64,000 bases of DNA from Squalus acanthias (lineage: Eukaryota), in NCBI GenBank assembly GCA_030390025.1, contig CM059432.1:76944001-77008000 (forward strand). Reading direction: 5' to 3'. Shown here one piece after another: positions 50,943-64,000 of this stretch. The notes under the pieces are model-generated. The model made no database searches and was not told the DNA's origin. It saw only the letters and a list, made by a program, of their open reading frames with translations. The position numbers and the translations under genes are program-made. Position 1 is the first letter of the stretch. Each line of letters opens with the position of its first letter.

Positions 50943-51243
50943 TTGATGGTACAAGGACTAGGGGACACAGATTTAAGGTTTTGGGCAAGAGATACAGGGG
51001 GGATGTGAGGAAAAAATTTTTACGCAGCGAGTGGTGAGGACCTGGAACTCGCTGCCGACGGAAGTGGTGGAAGTGGAGACACTCAATGTTTTCAAGGGGA
51101 GACTGGATAGGCACTTGAGGGAAATAAATTTGCAGGGTTACAGGGACAGAGCGGGGGAATGGGACTGACTGGATTGCTCTACAGAGAGCCAGCATGGACT
51201 CGATGGGCCGAATGGCCTCCTTCTGTGCCGTTATGACTCTATG
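50943..51243 (+). mobile_element. Young CR1 3' fragment inside an unclassified GC-richer repeat (~50330-51280)
   Basis: DGTRTRGHRFKVLGKRYRGD; ttatgactctatga tail. Confidence 0.9.
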
Positions 51244-51664
51244 ACACCTGCCTGCCCGAAACTCACTCAGGGTTCAAACTAATCTGCATAAAGCTTCATT
51301 ATTAATACTTTTCATATTGGCTATCAATAAGCAATAATATCTTAAAAACAACTGTTTTTATGTCAAAAAAATCAATGCTATAAATTGTACTGTGTTATAC
51401 ATCAAGTTGTTTTTTGTATCTATGGGTTTGGAGGTTGTAATAGTTGGGAAGCTAATTGGGGCTTACAGGTCTGAGTTACGCTTGAATGAAGGAGCCAAGG
51501 ATGATTAATGACTTCAGAATATTGAACAACATCTTTTCTTGTGCCTAAAGTACTTTCTACATGCATTTGTATGTTAAAGACATAAAACAGGAGACATGAG
51601 AGCAATTTTTGTGCACTGGTGTACGTCAGTTCTACATGGTTGAAAACTGACTCACGGAAACATG

Positions 51665-52060
51665 AATGGCACAGTAGGTTAGAGACTTACTTTTCACCTC
51701 TGTGACCTGGGTTCAAATCCAACTCAGACTGATGGGATGAAAGTTTCTTCTAGCTGCAAGAGTCCTATGTGAAGTAGGTTTGGGCAGTCTTAATCGAATT
51801 CCTAGTGGGCATGGGCCTACAGCAGAAAATCATCCCTAATCCAACACTAATTGGCAGTTTTACTCAGACTAATGGATGGCTGGTGTGGGAATGGATAAAT
51901 TGTCATTCTGATCAGTCGGGAATACTCTGCTGAGACATGTTTATGGGGCAGAGTAAATGGAGCTTTGTGCTATACCTGGCCTGGGAGAGCTTGGTGCTGA
52001 TGCTGACACTGGGTAGGGATCTATTCCCCAGCAGTAATGTCCCTCACCTTGATGAACACA
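51665..52060 (+). mobile_element. tRNA-derived SINE resembling LF-SINE
   Basis: tttcacctct..gggttcaaatcca (B box)..cctatgtgaa..ttcctagtgg..cactaattggca; family similarity recalled, not searched. Confidence 0.6.
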
Positions 52061-52369
52061 AAAAAAATTAAAAGAAGAACTGTTTCACAATAGTAAAATA
52101 GCACTCAAATTTTATAGGCCCTATCATTTACAGAATTATTCATACATCGCAGTGCAGATTTAGAGGGGTACAGGAAGCACATGTGGGTGAAGTTAATGCA
52201 AAGGAAAATTGGATGAGGTGTACAATGGGTGGCCAATCCGACACCACGCCCACCAAAGTTGAACGTTACGCCTATTGTAACACTAAAGCGTATAATCTTT
52301 CTGTTAATTACTTTGTCACAGTATAGCATAGTCACCTGGACTTTTTGCTCTATTATTATTTAAAACACA

Positions 52370-54112
52370 ATTGCCGCGATTTCCCCTACCTCGGCGGGTC
52401 CGGTGTGGCCAAGGTCGGTGGCGGGGTGCGACCCCGCTGCTGGCTCCAGCCCGCTGTCCAAAGTGATCTTACGCTGATTGGGCTTGTTAAGCCTACCCAG
52501 CGCGTTTCCCAGCCAATTAAAGGAAGCAGGTCTGATGACGTCACTTGATAATGTGTCATCTGCTGGTTTATTTAAAGGGACCATGCGCAAATTGATTTTG
52601 ACAGTTGTGCTGTCAGTGTTCTACACCATTGAGGTGCTGCAAACACTGACGAGCACTGCGCAGAGGTGCACGGCTGCACCCAGGCTCTCCCATGACTCCC
52701 TCCATATGCTTATGGAGGGAGTCACAGCACGCAGGGACGTTCTCTTCCTTTCCAATGGGCGGAAGAGACCTCCCCAGGAGATCAATGCAGCCCGGTTGCA
52801 CATTGCACAGGAGGACTCAAGCAGGGATGTCGTCAAGAGGACCAGGCTGCAGTGGCGCAAACCTTTCAATGATCTCAGTAGATCACAAAATGTTACTGCA
52901 AAGCCACACTCAACCTCATCCTGCTGTGCCACTCATCACATCCTCATCACTCTGTCTTCCCTACCCTACTCCTGCACATCCTTACTCACACCAACTTACC
53001 TTGCACCTCCACCCATCCCTCTCTATCTACATTATCACTTCCCCATCTCACTAGCCACCTCTCACATTCACCCTCATCCTAGTCCAATCATACCAAGTAA
53101 CAACACACAAGGGTAGGCATTGTTCATGTGAAGTTTCTGTTAATGTGCTGTCAAACAATGAAATCTTTATTTTCAACACTTTGCGTTCTGGGACAGATCT
53201 ATGTGCACCTTTGGAAGTGGCTTAATGAGTTGCAGTGAATGGTGAGACATAACGGCGATGAGTGTGAAAGGAATGGCTTGGGCATTGTAGGGATGTTTTA
53301 TGATGTTGGTGTGGGGTGGTGCCAACCTGGCGCATCATGTGGCAGCCAGGGTGTACAGCGTCAAGTGAAGTAAATCTGGCCATGGTGAGGCCATCCCTGG
53401 CCTCCCAGGCAGCAATGTGCTCGGATGCTGATGCTCTGTGTCCTGTGCAGCATCAGTTGATTGCAGAGAATGTTGGTGTTGTTGTTGGTGCTGCTGGTGT
53501 GCCTGGTGCTGCTGGTGTTGGGGCTTATCGTGGTGGGATTCTGAAGACCAAGGTGAAATATTTTCAAGGGCACCGATGCTGATGGAATAGATGGCAGGGG
53601 AAGTTGAGATGACAGAAGCAATCTGTCAATGGTGAGAGAGGTTGTTCCAATGAGGTGACACTGGATACAGAGTTTGCTCCAAACACTTGCAAGCTGCATA
53701 AAGCTCAATCTGTCTTCGAAATGCAGTAAGCAACAGCTTCTGATGTTGGAAAGTGAACAGCTATGAAATGGGAGCTTTTATAGCACAGTTGCAGCTGTCA
53801 AGTTACGAAATGATCCCAAGCTGACACAACTCCCTACCTGCTTAGCTGACGTGATCCCCGATCCATGGGCGAACTCTTAAAATTTAAAGGTGAGCTTAAA
53901 ATAGTTTTTAAGTGCCTGTTAACAAGCTCTTAATCATCTAAATTGCCTCCCCCGCCGCTTGGTGTCGGGACTGTTCAGCGATGACAGACCCGATATCTGG
54001 GAAACTAGCATGGTGGCGGGTTGACAGCGGGTTCCCTACCTGCTGTCAAAAAAAAAATTCCCACCCAACCCACCACCAATCGCGCCCGCTGACCCCCTGA
54101 AAAATTCCCCCC
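52370..54112. mobile_element. Harbinger derivative (copy D) with a NAIF1-like Myb exon (+, ~52670-52890)
   Basis: APRLSHDSLHMLMEGVTARRDVLF..KRTRLQWRKPFNDLSRS; right TIR AAAATTCCCCCC; left TIR degenerate. Confidence 0.75.
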
Positions 54113-54115
54113 AAA

Positions 54116-54320
54116 GTGTGCGTTTAACTCAGTTGGGATTACTCTTACCTTTGAGTTAAAAAGTTATGGCTTCAAGCCATGTTCCAGGATATGAGCACAT
54201 AATCTATGCTAACCTTCCACTGCAGTGCCAGGGAAGTGTTGTGATGGGCTGTCCTTTAGTTGAGGTCATTAACCTGAGGACCTACCTACCTGTCCGGCTG
54301 GATGTTAAAGATCCCATGGG
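54116..54320 (+). mobile_element. Deu-domain SINE 5' part, truncated at a CR1
   Basis: Degenerate tRNA head and ggatgttaaagatcccatgg core. Confidence 0.7.
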
Positions 54321-55335
54321 AGTATCAGTGCTTGGGCCTCAGCTATTCACAATCTACATCAATGATTTGGATGAGGGGACCAAATGTAATATATCCTAGT
54401 TTGCTGATGATACAAAGCTGAGTGGGAATGTAAGTTGTGAGGAGGATGCAAGGAGGCTTCAAGGGGATATATACAGGCTAAGTGAGTGGGCAAGAACATG
54501 GCAAATGGAATATAATGTGGAGAAATGTGAAGTTATCCACTTTGATAGGAAAAATAGAAAAGCAGAGTATTTTTAAATGGTGAGAGATTGGGAAATGTTG
54601 GTGTCCAGAGGGACCTGGGTGTCCTTGTAAACGAATCACTGAAAGTTAACATGCAGGTACAGCAAGCAATTAGGAAAGCAAATGGTATGTTGGCCTTTAT
54701 TACAACAGGATTTGAGTATAAGAGTAAAGACATCTTACTGCAATTATATAGGGCCCTGGTGAGACCACACCTGGAGTATTGTGTACAGTTTTGGTCTCCT
54801 TACCAAAGGAAGGGTATACTTGCCATAGAGGGAGTGCAACGAAGGTTCACCAAACTGATTCCTGGGATGGGGGGATTGTTCTATGAGGAGAGATTGAGTA
54901 GACTAGGCCTATATTCTCTAGAGTTTAGAAGAATGAGAGGTGATCTCATTGAAACATACAAAATTCTTACAGGGCTTGACAGGATAGATACAGGGAGGAT
55001 GTTTCCCCTGGCTGGGGAGTCTAGAACCAGGGATCACAGTCTCAGAATAAGGTGTCGGCCATTTAGGACTGAGATGAGGAGAAATTTCTTCACTCAGAGG
55101 GTGGTGAATCTTTGGAATTCTCTACCCCAGAGGGCTGTGGAGGCTCAGTCATTAAGTATATTTAAGACAGAGATCGATAGATTGTTGATTATTAAGGGAA
55201 TCAAGGGATATGGGGATAGTTCAGGAAAGTGGAGATGAGGTAGAAAATCAGCCATGATCTTATTGAATGGCGGAGCAGGTTCAAAGGGCCAAATGACCTA
55301 CTCCTGCTCCTATTTCTTATGTTCTTTTATTCTTA
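54321..55335 (+). mobile_element. 5'-truncated CR1
   Basis: SVLGPQLFTIYIND, ORF 54588-55238; same subfamily as 8273-10285. Confidence 0.94.
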
Positions 55336-55570
55336 ATGTAAGGAACATCCCAAGGCACTTCACAAATAGATGTAATGGAACTGGACAGCGAGTCAGAGGG
55401 TAAAGATTAAGAAGGGTGATCAAAAGCATGGTCAAATAAATTAGTTTTGAGGAGAACATTAAAGGTAGAGAGAGAGAGGTGGAGAAGCTGAGAGATTTAA
55501 ATAGGGAGTTTCAAAGAGTACAACCAAGGTGGTGGAGAACTTTACCATCAATGGTGAAGCGAAGGCAACC
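55336..55570 (-). mobile_element. Old L2 3' remnant
   Basis: catcccaaggcacttcaca..gttttgaggagaacattaaagg matches the L2 tails. Confidence 0.6.
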
Positions 55571-57392
55571 ACTACAATCTCTCTCTTACAGATCCTTGTT
55601 GACATATGAGCTAAGTGTAGAATGAAATGTATGTGCAGGCTTAATCATAAGAGACATAAGATGAAGCAGAGGTTCAGGAGAACTGATTTTTCATGGATTT
55701 GCCTCATCATAGTTCAAACATAGTTGGAGATATCTACTTTTGAATAAATTCTGTAGTTATAGAATGGTGTGAGCTAGTAGGACTAAATTAAATGGGTAAA
55801 TGGGGAGCTATGCTTAAAGGGAGCATGGGTCAGAGAGTGTTGTAGCTATATCTCTTTGGAGTGTGGGATTGGTGAATTGTATTCTATACTACCAGCTCCA
55901 AACCATTCTCTATTTAGGGAAATCAGAGCTTTGCAAGTGTGCTTTTTTTTAGTTAGAAAAGAGCCAACAGTCCTGTCTGCACTTTTTTAACATTAGGAAT
56001 ATGAAGACAGTCCAGTAGACTACCTTAACAAGTTGGTGTTGTACTGATTTCAGTTATACTGCCACCCTATGTGTAGCCAGAGCAATGTCTGGCTTCAAGG
56101 TCTAACTGCTCAAGGTGTTCCAACACCTGAAGCCAATCCCCAAACTCGTGCTGGTTTGGCTACAGTAAAACTGCACAATTTTGCAAAGCTAAAACCAGTT
56201 TCCAATGATACAAATATATACAGTATAAATGTTATAATTAGAATTTCTAGGTAATACTGGCTTCAATAAGTGCCTTAGCAACACCAGAAAATGTGGAATG
56301 AGAAAATATGATTTGGCTCTCAACCCCCTCCTTCCAATAAACCATGTACAATGTGTGTTGTCATGGACACTCTTTGATCTTCCCTAACAAGCTGCAGACT
56401 ATTGAATATCATGTTTTCAGCTTATGAATGACTATATATTTCTTAGACAGTTCACGTTCATAACACTTAAGTATAAATTCATAATGTATATCTCAGTGAC
56501 TGAGTCTTCGGGTTACTGCTGATATTATCGACTCACTTTACAATATTCAATGTGTCCTGGCTTTTTATCTCATTCACTACTAAAGCCACCATTTGTCATT
56601 GTTTCCACTATAATCCCAGGTGCTGGGAAGACACCAGATGGCATCATTATTACAACTGTGTGGAGTCAATATGGGCTGTAACAAGTGAAATCACAACGTG
56701 GGTGTAGTGAACTGGTTAATAAAATGTGTCAAAACATTCTTCCAAGGCATGAATGTCTGCTTTTTAAATTAAAAATACTTTCTACTGGCCAGTTTGATTC
56801 CTTTCACCAAAAATTGCCATTAATTTGTAATTAATAAGCATTTGCAAGAAGAAGGAAGTTTGCTATAGAATCAATTTGGTGATGGAGCATTCTCAAATCC
56901 AATGTAAAATTATAGAAACTGTTAGCTTCTTTTATTGAAGATAATCAAAGCCAATTTGGCTAAATATTGAACTTGTAGTTGTCAATATGCCTATTCACCT
57001 TAGATCAAACCAATTTACTCTCAGGCACAGCTGAGCAAATAAGATCACGTGAGATGAGTAAATAAAAGTTAACAATATAACTGGTTCTCATTTTAAGACC
57101 TCAGAATCTAATTAAGACTTGTAATTCAAAATATTTGGATATTTTATACACTTTCTCCTTTTCTTCCCTCCTCACTGGAAGATACTCACATATACTGCGA
57201 TACTTTCCCATATGTGCCCAAGTGATCATTCTTCCCATTGGACCCTAACCAATAAATGTCAGTAGGCTATTTGAGACCATTTTGCAAAAGGGAAAGCATC
57301 AAAGCTGTGCCCAATCCTATCTCCCACACATGCACACTTTCCAGCTAGGATTACTGGATATTGATCAGAAAGAATTCTCCTCTCTTCACCTA

Positions 57393-57825
57393 CAACAACT
57401 TGCATTTATATAGCAAAACTTCCCAACGCCCTTCACAGGTGCATTATCAAACAAAATTTGACACCGAGCCACATAAGGAGATATTAGGACAGGTGACCAA
57501 AAACTTGCTCAAATAGGTAGGTTTTAAGAGCATCTTACAGGAGAAGAGCAATGTAGAGAAGCAGAGAGACTTAGGGCAGGAATTCCAGCGCCTAGGGCCT
57601 AGGCAGCTGAAGGCATAGCTGCCAATGGTGGAGCCATTAAAATTGGGGATGCGTAAGAGGCCAGAATTGGAGGAGTGCAGAGATCTCGGAGGGTTGTAGG
57701 GCTGGAAGAGGTTACAGAGATAGGGAGGGACGAGGCCATGGAAGGATTTGAAAACAAGGATGAGAATTTGTAAATCGAGGTGTTGCCGGACCGGGAGCCA
57801 ATGTAGGTCAGCGAGCACAGGGATG
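57393..57825 (-). mobile_element. L2 3' fragment
   Basis: IPVLADLHWLPV; ctatataaatgcaagttgttg tail. Confidence 0.9.
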
Positions 57826-58721
57826 TTGAAGACATCTGCAGTATTCCTATGACCATCCTTGCTAAGAACAGCCAACTCAGCACAGACCAGAAATTTCCCT
57901 GATCTGTATTGCTGAGCACTATACGAGCATTTACCTGCTGAGTGATTGGGCAGGTTGTATCAAATATTTCTTTATAGCTGCAACTAAACTACTTTCTCCC
58001 AAGTGACAGTTCTTTCATAACCATTGAATACTCCCATAGATATCAAAGAATAATTGCACGATAGATTATCTTTGCTCAATTTCTTGCTGGGGTGTGGAGG
58101 TGAAAGGATCTTTTTCTCTTATAAGATAGAGAACCTTTTGTTTCTAATTTTCTTCCCTTAATGATTCCATCCCCTCCACCCACCCATGCATTTCTTTCAT
58201 CCAAAACTGTGGGCAGGCAGTTTACTGCCAGGCATTGTCAAAACTGCTGTTAGTTCTGGGAAACATGTGGAAGCTGTTTATTGAAGACTCCACATCCAAT
58301 TTTCCTTTTGCTCATAAGTGAGGCATTTGGCCTCTGTTTAGTGCCTCTCTGCAGCTGTTTTACTGAAATTAGAACAGCAGAGGAATGAAAGATTAAACCT
58401 TCATCCCACAGTGTAAGGATATGGTGGCTGGCTGTGTAAGCACCAAATAAATTAAAAAGAAAGCAGTGTTTCATATTCAATACAAAAAACCCTTCACTGA
58501 TTTTTTTTTAAATAAGCAATTTCAATCATGTTTATTTGTTGTTATTGTTGCAGGAGCTATTTATCTGGGTGAGCAATTCTGATTTCAATAACAAACATTA
58601 TGGGACGAGGCAGCTTTGCTATATAAAATGCTGGAAATGCTTTGATATATGTAACCTACAGACAAACTACAGATAGAAACCTTATCATGAATCATGGATA
58701 ATTGAACTGTAAAAATATAAT

Positions 58722-60121
58722 GGACCAAAATTTACTATAGCCGGCGAATGAAAGGCGTCTGCCGTTTGTTAGACCTGCCCTTGCCCATTTAATTTTTATG
58801 GGGCGGAATTTGCAGTCGGCGGCGTACCTCCGGAGTAGGCCTCCGACCCGAAAAAAAATCCGAACCTACCTGCTGGCTCCTGGGCTTCAGAGACTTCGAG
58901 TATTGGGCCTGCAGGTGTATGCCTGCATAAAGGCCCACAGATCCCAGGGACGCAGGCGGTTTGGAAGCCAGGGCCAGGTCCTCCTATCAGAAAGGAGGAT
59001 TCCTCATGTGCTTATGGAGATTCCATTTATGAACAGAATCCCCATAAGCATATGAGGAATCCCCAAATAATTAAATAATTTATATAACTGGAATAAAAAT
59101 CAAATGTTCCCTTTAATGAAGCATTTACAATAAAAAATAAATTTTTTGAAAAATAATTTTAAACATTTTAATCCGGGCCAAAATTTACATAAACTAATTT
59201 TAAATGTTTGTGGATGATTTTTTATTTTTAAATGTTTAATTTAACAGTTGTATTAACCCTTACGCTGGTGAAAACAGGCCCTATGCCTGCTTTTACCAGG
59301 CGTAAGTGTTTCGTGGGCATTTGCTGGGCAGTAGTTGGGCAAATAGCCCAACTCTACGCCAGCTAAAGTGATTTTTGGGTCAGTTCATATGATCTGTCAA
59401 GGCGAACCTTGACAGATCGCAAGTTCCGGGTTTGCACTGTAAGTTGCTGTAAGTTAGAGAGCCAAATGGCACAGCGTCCTCTGCAGGGCATCTGGGACCT
59501 GTGTGAACAGGACAAGCAGCTGTGTGTCTCCTTAACTAATCAGACTGAAGTATTGTTAATGAACAGCACAGAGTCTGAACCAGGAAGTGTAAGTTAAAAT
59601 AGTGAATTCAATATCAAATCAGGTACAGAAAACAAAATAGAGGGAAGGAAAGAATGGATTAAGAGAGAGAAAAAAGAGACAGAAAGAAAAAGTAAAAAAT
59701 TGTAATTTACAATTTTTCTTTTAAATCTTCAACAACAATTAAAATCTGAAGGAATGAGGATCCACATTTGTAAAAGTTAATTTTCAGTGCCAGTTGTTTG
59801 GCAGTAATTAAGACTCACCACGTTGTTAAAAAAGGTACTTACACTGATATGGACAAGCCCTAACTTTTTGTGGCGATTTAGTCCATATCTACGATGGAAG
59901 TACAGGATCTTCACGCTGTTCAGTACATTTGAATGGGGAGCCAGACAGCAAGATGCCGTTTTTGCACAGTTTACGAAGGAACAGAGCATCTCGGTCAGCA
60001 ACTTCCGAATTTTTGCGTTTAACTGTGCATCTGCGCTCACCAGAAGTCACTGCAAGATTTGTACATAAATAACAGTGAGCACCATTAGCTTCACCATTCA
60101 TTTTATAGTAAATTCTGGCCC
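58722..60121. mobile_element. TIR-bounded element of the 44645 family with a nested insertion
   Basis: ggaccaaaatttactata / tatagtaaattctggccc (16/18); flanks aat/att. Confidence 0.82.
58800..59430. mobile_element. Nested hairpin-rich MITE-like element
   Basis: Starts GGGGCGGAATTTGC; absent from the 44645 copy; several internal palindromes. Confidence 0.65.
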
Positions 60122-61294
60122 ATTGTGTTTCTTTCAAATGACTACTGTTGCAGTTGTTAACCAATAGACTGCATGTTGGCAATTCTACAGGTCCTGAATG
60201 TTAAATATAAGTAATATAACATATAAGATGTTCTAACCCAACAGTTTATAGATTTTTCTATAATTATTTTGCATTTGCTTAGACTGTAAATGCATAAAGA
60301 TATGTCAATTATTAATAGTATATAGTACTCCACACATTTTAACACAGTGAGAGAGCATGTGGAAAGAGGAAATGAGAAGTGGCAGAAGGCCTGGTGAGGA
60401 CAAAGAGAACAACAGAAAGCAACAGAAGAAATTAAGTAAAATTGTTATGGGAAACTGAAAAAAATAAAGAGTACACACGGAAAGTAGTTTTAAAAAATCA
60501 ATAAGCAAAGGACTGTGCGTGTTCCAAACACTTTAACACATGAGTTAAGCCATTAATAATGATTGTTAGCTGGTAATAAATTGCTCCACTCAGGCTGTCA
60601 TGGATCTATGTTTATCTCCAAGAAAGTGCCATTTAGCAGTATAAAAACTGCCTGCTCATTTTTTTTGTTCCTGGGCATGCCTTAGCCTCATCCCGAGGTG
60701 CCAAATGAGCCTTCTGTGATTTCTTGTAGCTTGATCTGGCCTGATCATGTCCCTGCCCTCTGATCGCACCCACTCTCTCCCCAACAACAATCTCACCTGC
60801 CTCCTTCATTCACTCCCAACATCTGGATCACAAGAAGCAGATGCATTCTTCTTTGACCTTTTGGGCCACAGAGATATGTACAGAAGTGCTGAAAATGGAA
60901 GTTATTCTTTTGGCTAATTTGTAGCTGTCACCGCACTCCAGTTAACACTTATCAGATTTAACACATTTATTATCAACACTACACACATAGCCCCAGGATT
61001 GTCTTCACAAATACACTGATCTCTATGGGACATCACCATGGCTCCATAACATGCAACTATATTCACACTTCTGGGTCCCAGCTCCTTGGGGCACATCTTC
61101 TTAAGTAGGGCCAAATTTGTCTCATCTCTATGCAAGTATTACATGTTTCTACTTTTGATATAGTTATTTCAAACTGTATTATGGTTCACAAACATATTAA
61201 TCATTAACAAAATAAAAAACACATACAGATCCATCGACATCTGCAAAACGAAAAACCAGATTCATGTATCTGGTGGAGATTTCATAAGAGTCTG

Positions 61295-61410
61295 AACTTC
61301 ACCTGAAACTTTAACCTGTGTTTTCTCTTTTCAAAAGCTCGCAGCCCTGTAGTGCATATCCAGTATTTTCTGCCTTTATTTCTGATTTCCAATATTCACA
61401 CTTCTTTCTT
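61295..61410 (+). mobile_element. Old PLE terminal-repeat remnant
   Basis: acctgaaactttaacctgtgttttctct..ccagtattttctg..tatttctgatttcca resembles the pLTR. Confidence 0.5.
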
Positions 61411-64000
61411 TTGTCTGAAACATATTAAACAGTCATGTAATCAATAACTATACAAGCTAAAAAAATCGACCAAAAAGATACTCATATTCCTCCATCTTTT
61501 GCTCAGCCTCAAATATATGGACTTGAATGTGTAATAGCAACAAAATATCAATTAAACAAATTCCTCTTATGTGTGTATGAAATACCTACTTTGTTCTAAC
61601 TCTTTAATACTAGCTGATCTAATCCAATAAGGGGTTTTCCTCTGAGACAGTTAGTGATCCGATTAGTAGATCCCTGAGGATCATCTCAATATTTCTACTT
61701 TGATTGAAAATTAGATTTTGCTTCCCATCAGCAGTACAAAATTCAGACAAAGCACCACTCTGACCCAGCACACTCCAAAACTCTTAAGATTCTAAAATAA
61801 TAGATTGGTATACATGATACACCTTTGTTGACAGGGATAACAACATTTATTACAACTGCAGTGCTAAGTCCATGGCCGATTTAACAGTGCTTTGATAGAG
61901 ATTCTGGTATTATTCAATGTTATTATGTACCTCGTGTCCTCAGTTGTGTGGAGATGCATATAGAGATGTAACAGAAATATAGAACCCCACTGCGGTGACA
62001 TTAGTGGCAGCATCACTGTACCACAGGGAGTCCACTGCTGATGGGGATTGTTTTTTACTCTAGTGTTTAATATGATGATGGCATGATTTTCTACAGATCT
62101 GGGCTAAATGATCATGATTCTTTATATGATGCACAGGATGAAGACATCCAGTTAATTTGGGGACACTTATGCAAAATAAGAAAGAGTCCCTTCATGAAAA
62201 TAGACCCAGGTTAGTTAGTGCACTGCCAAACTTGAGTTGATTATTGTTGCTATCACAGGGTTATGTTTAAATCTAACCTTCCCTGCATTAAATGTTACCA
62301 GGTTGTTAATACTAATGCTACTGTACAAATTTACTTCCCTATTATGACAGGCTGAAGAGTGCCATTCGATCTCGCTGTTTAGGCAACATGTGTTCACATT
62401 AGTCAAATATTACCACAGGGCAGATGAACAAGGCAGAGTAAGGACCCTGTAGTTTATAAAGAAATAAACATTCACGATATTTGCATCTAATAAGTATTTT
62501 TTGTTGGAATTGCTTTTTCCGTTTGCAATATTTTACACCTATATGTATAAATTTAGGAAAAGTTTCCAATGTTACAACGGATGTACTGTAATTGCAGTCA
62601 GTCAGTGTCATGCTACAAGGTGCGTCATTTCATTTGCAGTCCTCCATTGTCATAAAGACATGTAAAAATGCCTTTATTTTATACAAAATCACTTCACTGT
62701 CAAACACGGGTTATCAGCTGTTACACCTTTCACTAAATCCAGCCTACTTTCCAAGTTCGGGTATTGTAATCCCAAAGGAGAAATGTCAAATCATTTGACT
62801 TTCAATTACAACAATTGATTATGATTTTAAAACGCTGTGACGTTGTTTTGAAAATATTTACTGACAGCAAAGAAATAAGTATTACAATTGCTTTGCTGCA
62901 TACTTTTTTGCACGCAGGGAAACAAGGAAAATGCAAAATACCTTTTGAAACGCGCCGAACATCCTAGCGCAGAATATTAACTAATATCATAGGATTCGCT
63001 AATATTAATAGCGAATAATAATAACGAAGTTTAAATTAGTCAGCGGCAATTTTAATTCATATTTATCACTGTCTGTCACTAAAATGTGTAAACTCGATCA
63101 CTTATAACTGGTTAGTTCAAATTAAGGTAAGATCGAAGATAACGTAATAACCTACCAGCAAATACGAGCTCGTTAACAGAAAATATGTCCTGTTGTAAAT
63201 TTACTCTTATTTAGCTTTATTTAATACCAGAGCTCCACATTGTCAGTTTCATACGGGGAAAGGGGCACTTTTATTTCAACCTAATGAGGAAACAAACATA
63301 ACGATGAAAAGTTACTGCTGATACCTGTTGTTGCGAGGGTAAATTGCCACTGGGCTCCAATCAGTTGTACATAAACCAAAATTGTAATCTCAATTGTCGC
63401 GCTTATATTGGATTGTGCCATTCTTTTGCAGCAACCAGATTTGTACAAGTCACAGGCACAGGTTTAATATCGAAGGACAAGTTAAGCAAACAAAAAGTCC
63501 CCCAAAAAACTGCAAAGTCTGGAAATCTGAAACAAAAAAAAGGTTCTGGAGAACAATTCTGCCGCAGACATCAAACTGTATTTTTACTCTGCGGGTCTTG
63601 ACTGACCTGACAAGTAAAGCAAACATAGTTCCATAAAGAAAGGAGATTAAAAGAAAACAGGAAATCCTTAGAATCAGTCTGGACTTTTCCAGCCATTCGC
63701 TTGACTTTGCTTCAAAATGCAATAAATTCATTGAACTTTTCTGGAGTTTTCGGGACAATCTCTCCAATTATTTCACAGCATGGAGCCTACATTGTTGCTT
63801 TTATTTCTTGTTTTTTCTCCTTTTTCTTTCTCTCTCCCTGTTTCTTTCTCCCTCTTTCTCTCTTTAACTCTCATTATGAGCCTTCTATTGATCAATTAAC
63901 CAATTGACATGGAGGAAGCATCAAAGTTCATAAAAGATTCTCGTCTGATTAATCCTGAACAATATTGACTCGATTCATGTATTGTATATTCTGCTGACAT

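Noticed and set aside
63450..63767. 105-aa minus-strand ORF
   Set aside because: Composition typical of AT-rich non-coding DNA; no motifs
1..64000. Prokaryotic systems (CRISPR, operons, retrons, DGR)
   Set aside because: All RT motifs are eukaryotic non-LTR or PLE types; no repeat-spacer arrays or gene-dense organisation

Overview
Eukaryotic, vertebrate-type non-coding DNA, most likely from a cartilaginous fish (shark). This is inferred from the repeat mix: CR1, L2, RTE, Penelope/Neptune, Deu-domain tRNA SINEs and PIF/Harbinger. No intact host gene is recognisable. Most of the window is a nest of decayed mobile elements. Highlights: (1) minimal hammerhead-ribozyme motifs in Penelope-like terminal repeats, including a near-perfect 95-bp-arm palindrome with a motif on each strand (41708-41906) and a motif split by a MITE exactly at its predicted cleavage triplet (7335-8206); (2) two-gene PIF/Harbinger transposons (DDE transposase plus a spliced Myb/SANT partner, convergent), one structurally complete at 34467-38619, with many related TIR-bounded MITEs showing 3-bp TSDs; (3) a ~0.6-kb inversion inside a CR1 copy between two opposed RTE copies with swapped TSDs (26369-30936). 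TE-poor islands (18.7-20.1, 42-44.6, 55.6-58.7, 60.1-64 kb) may hold regulatory sequence and possibly one terminal exon. Coordinates were read by eye; boundaries of old repeats are approximate.
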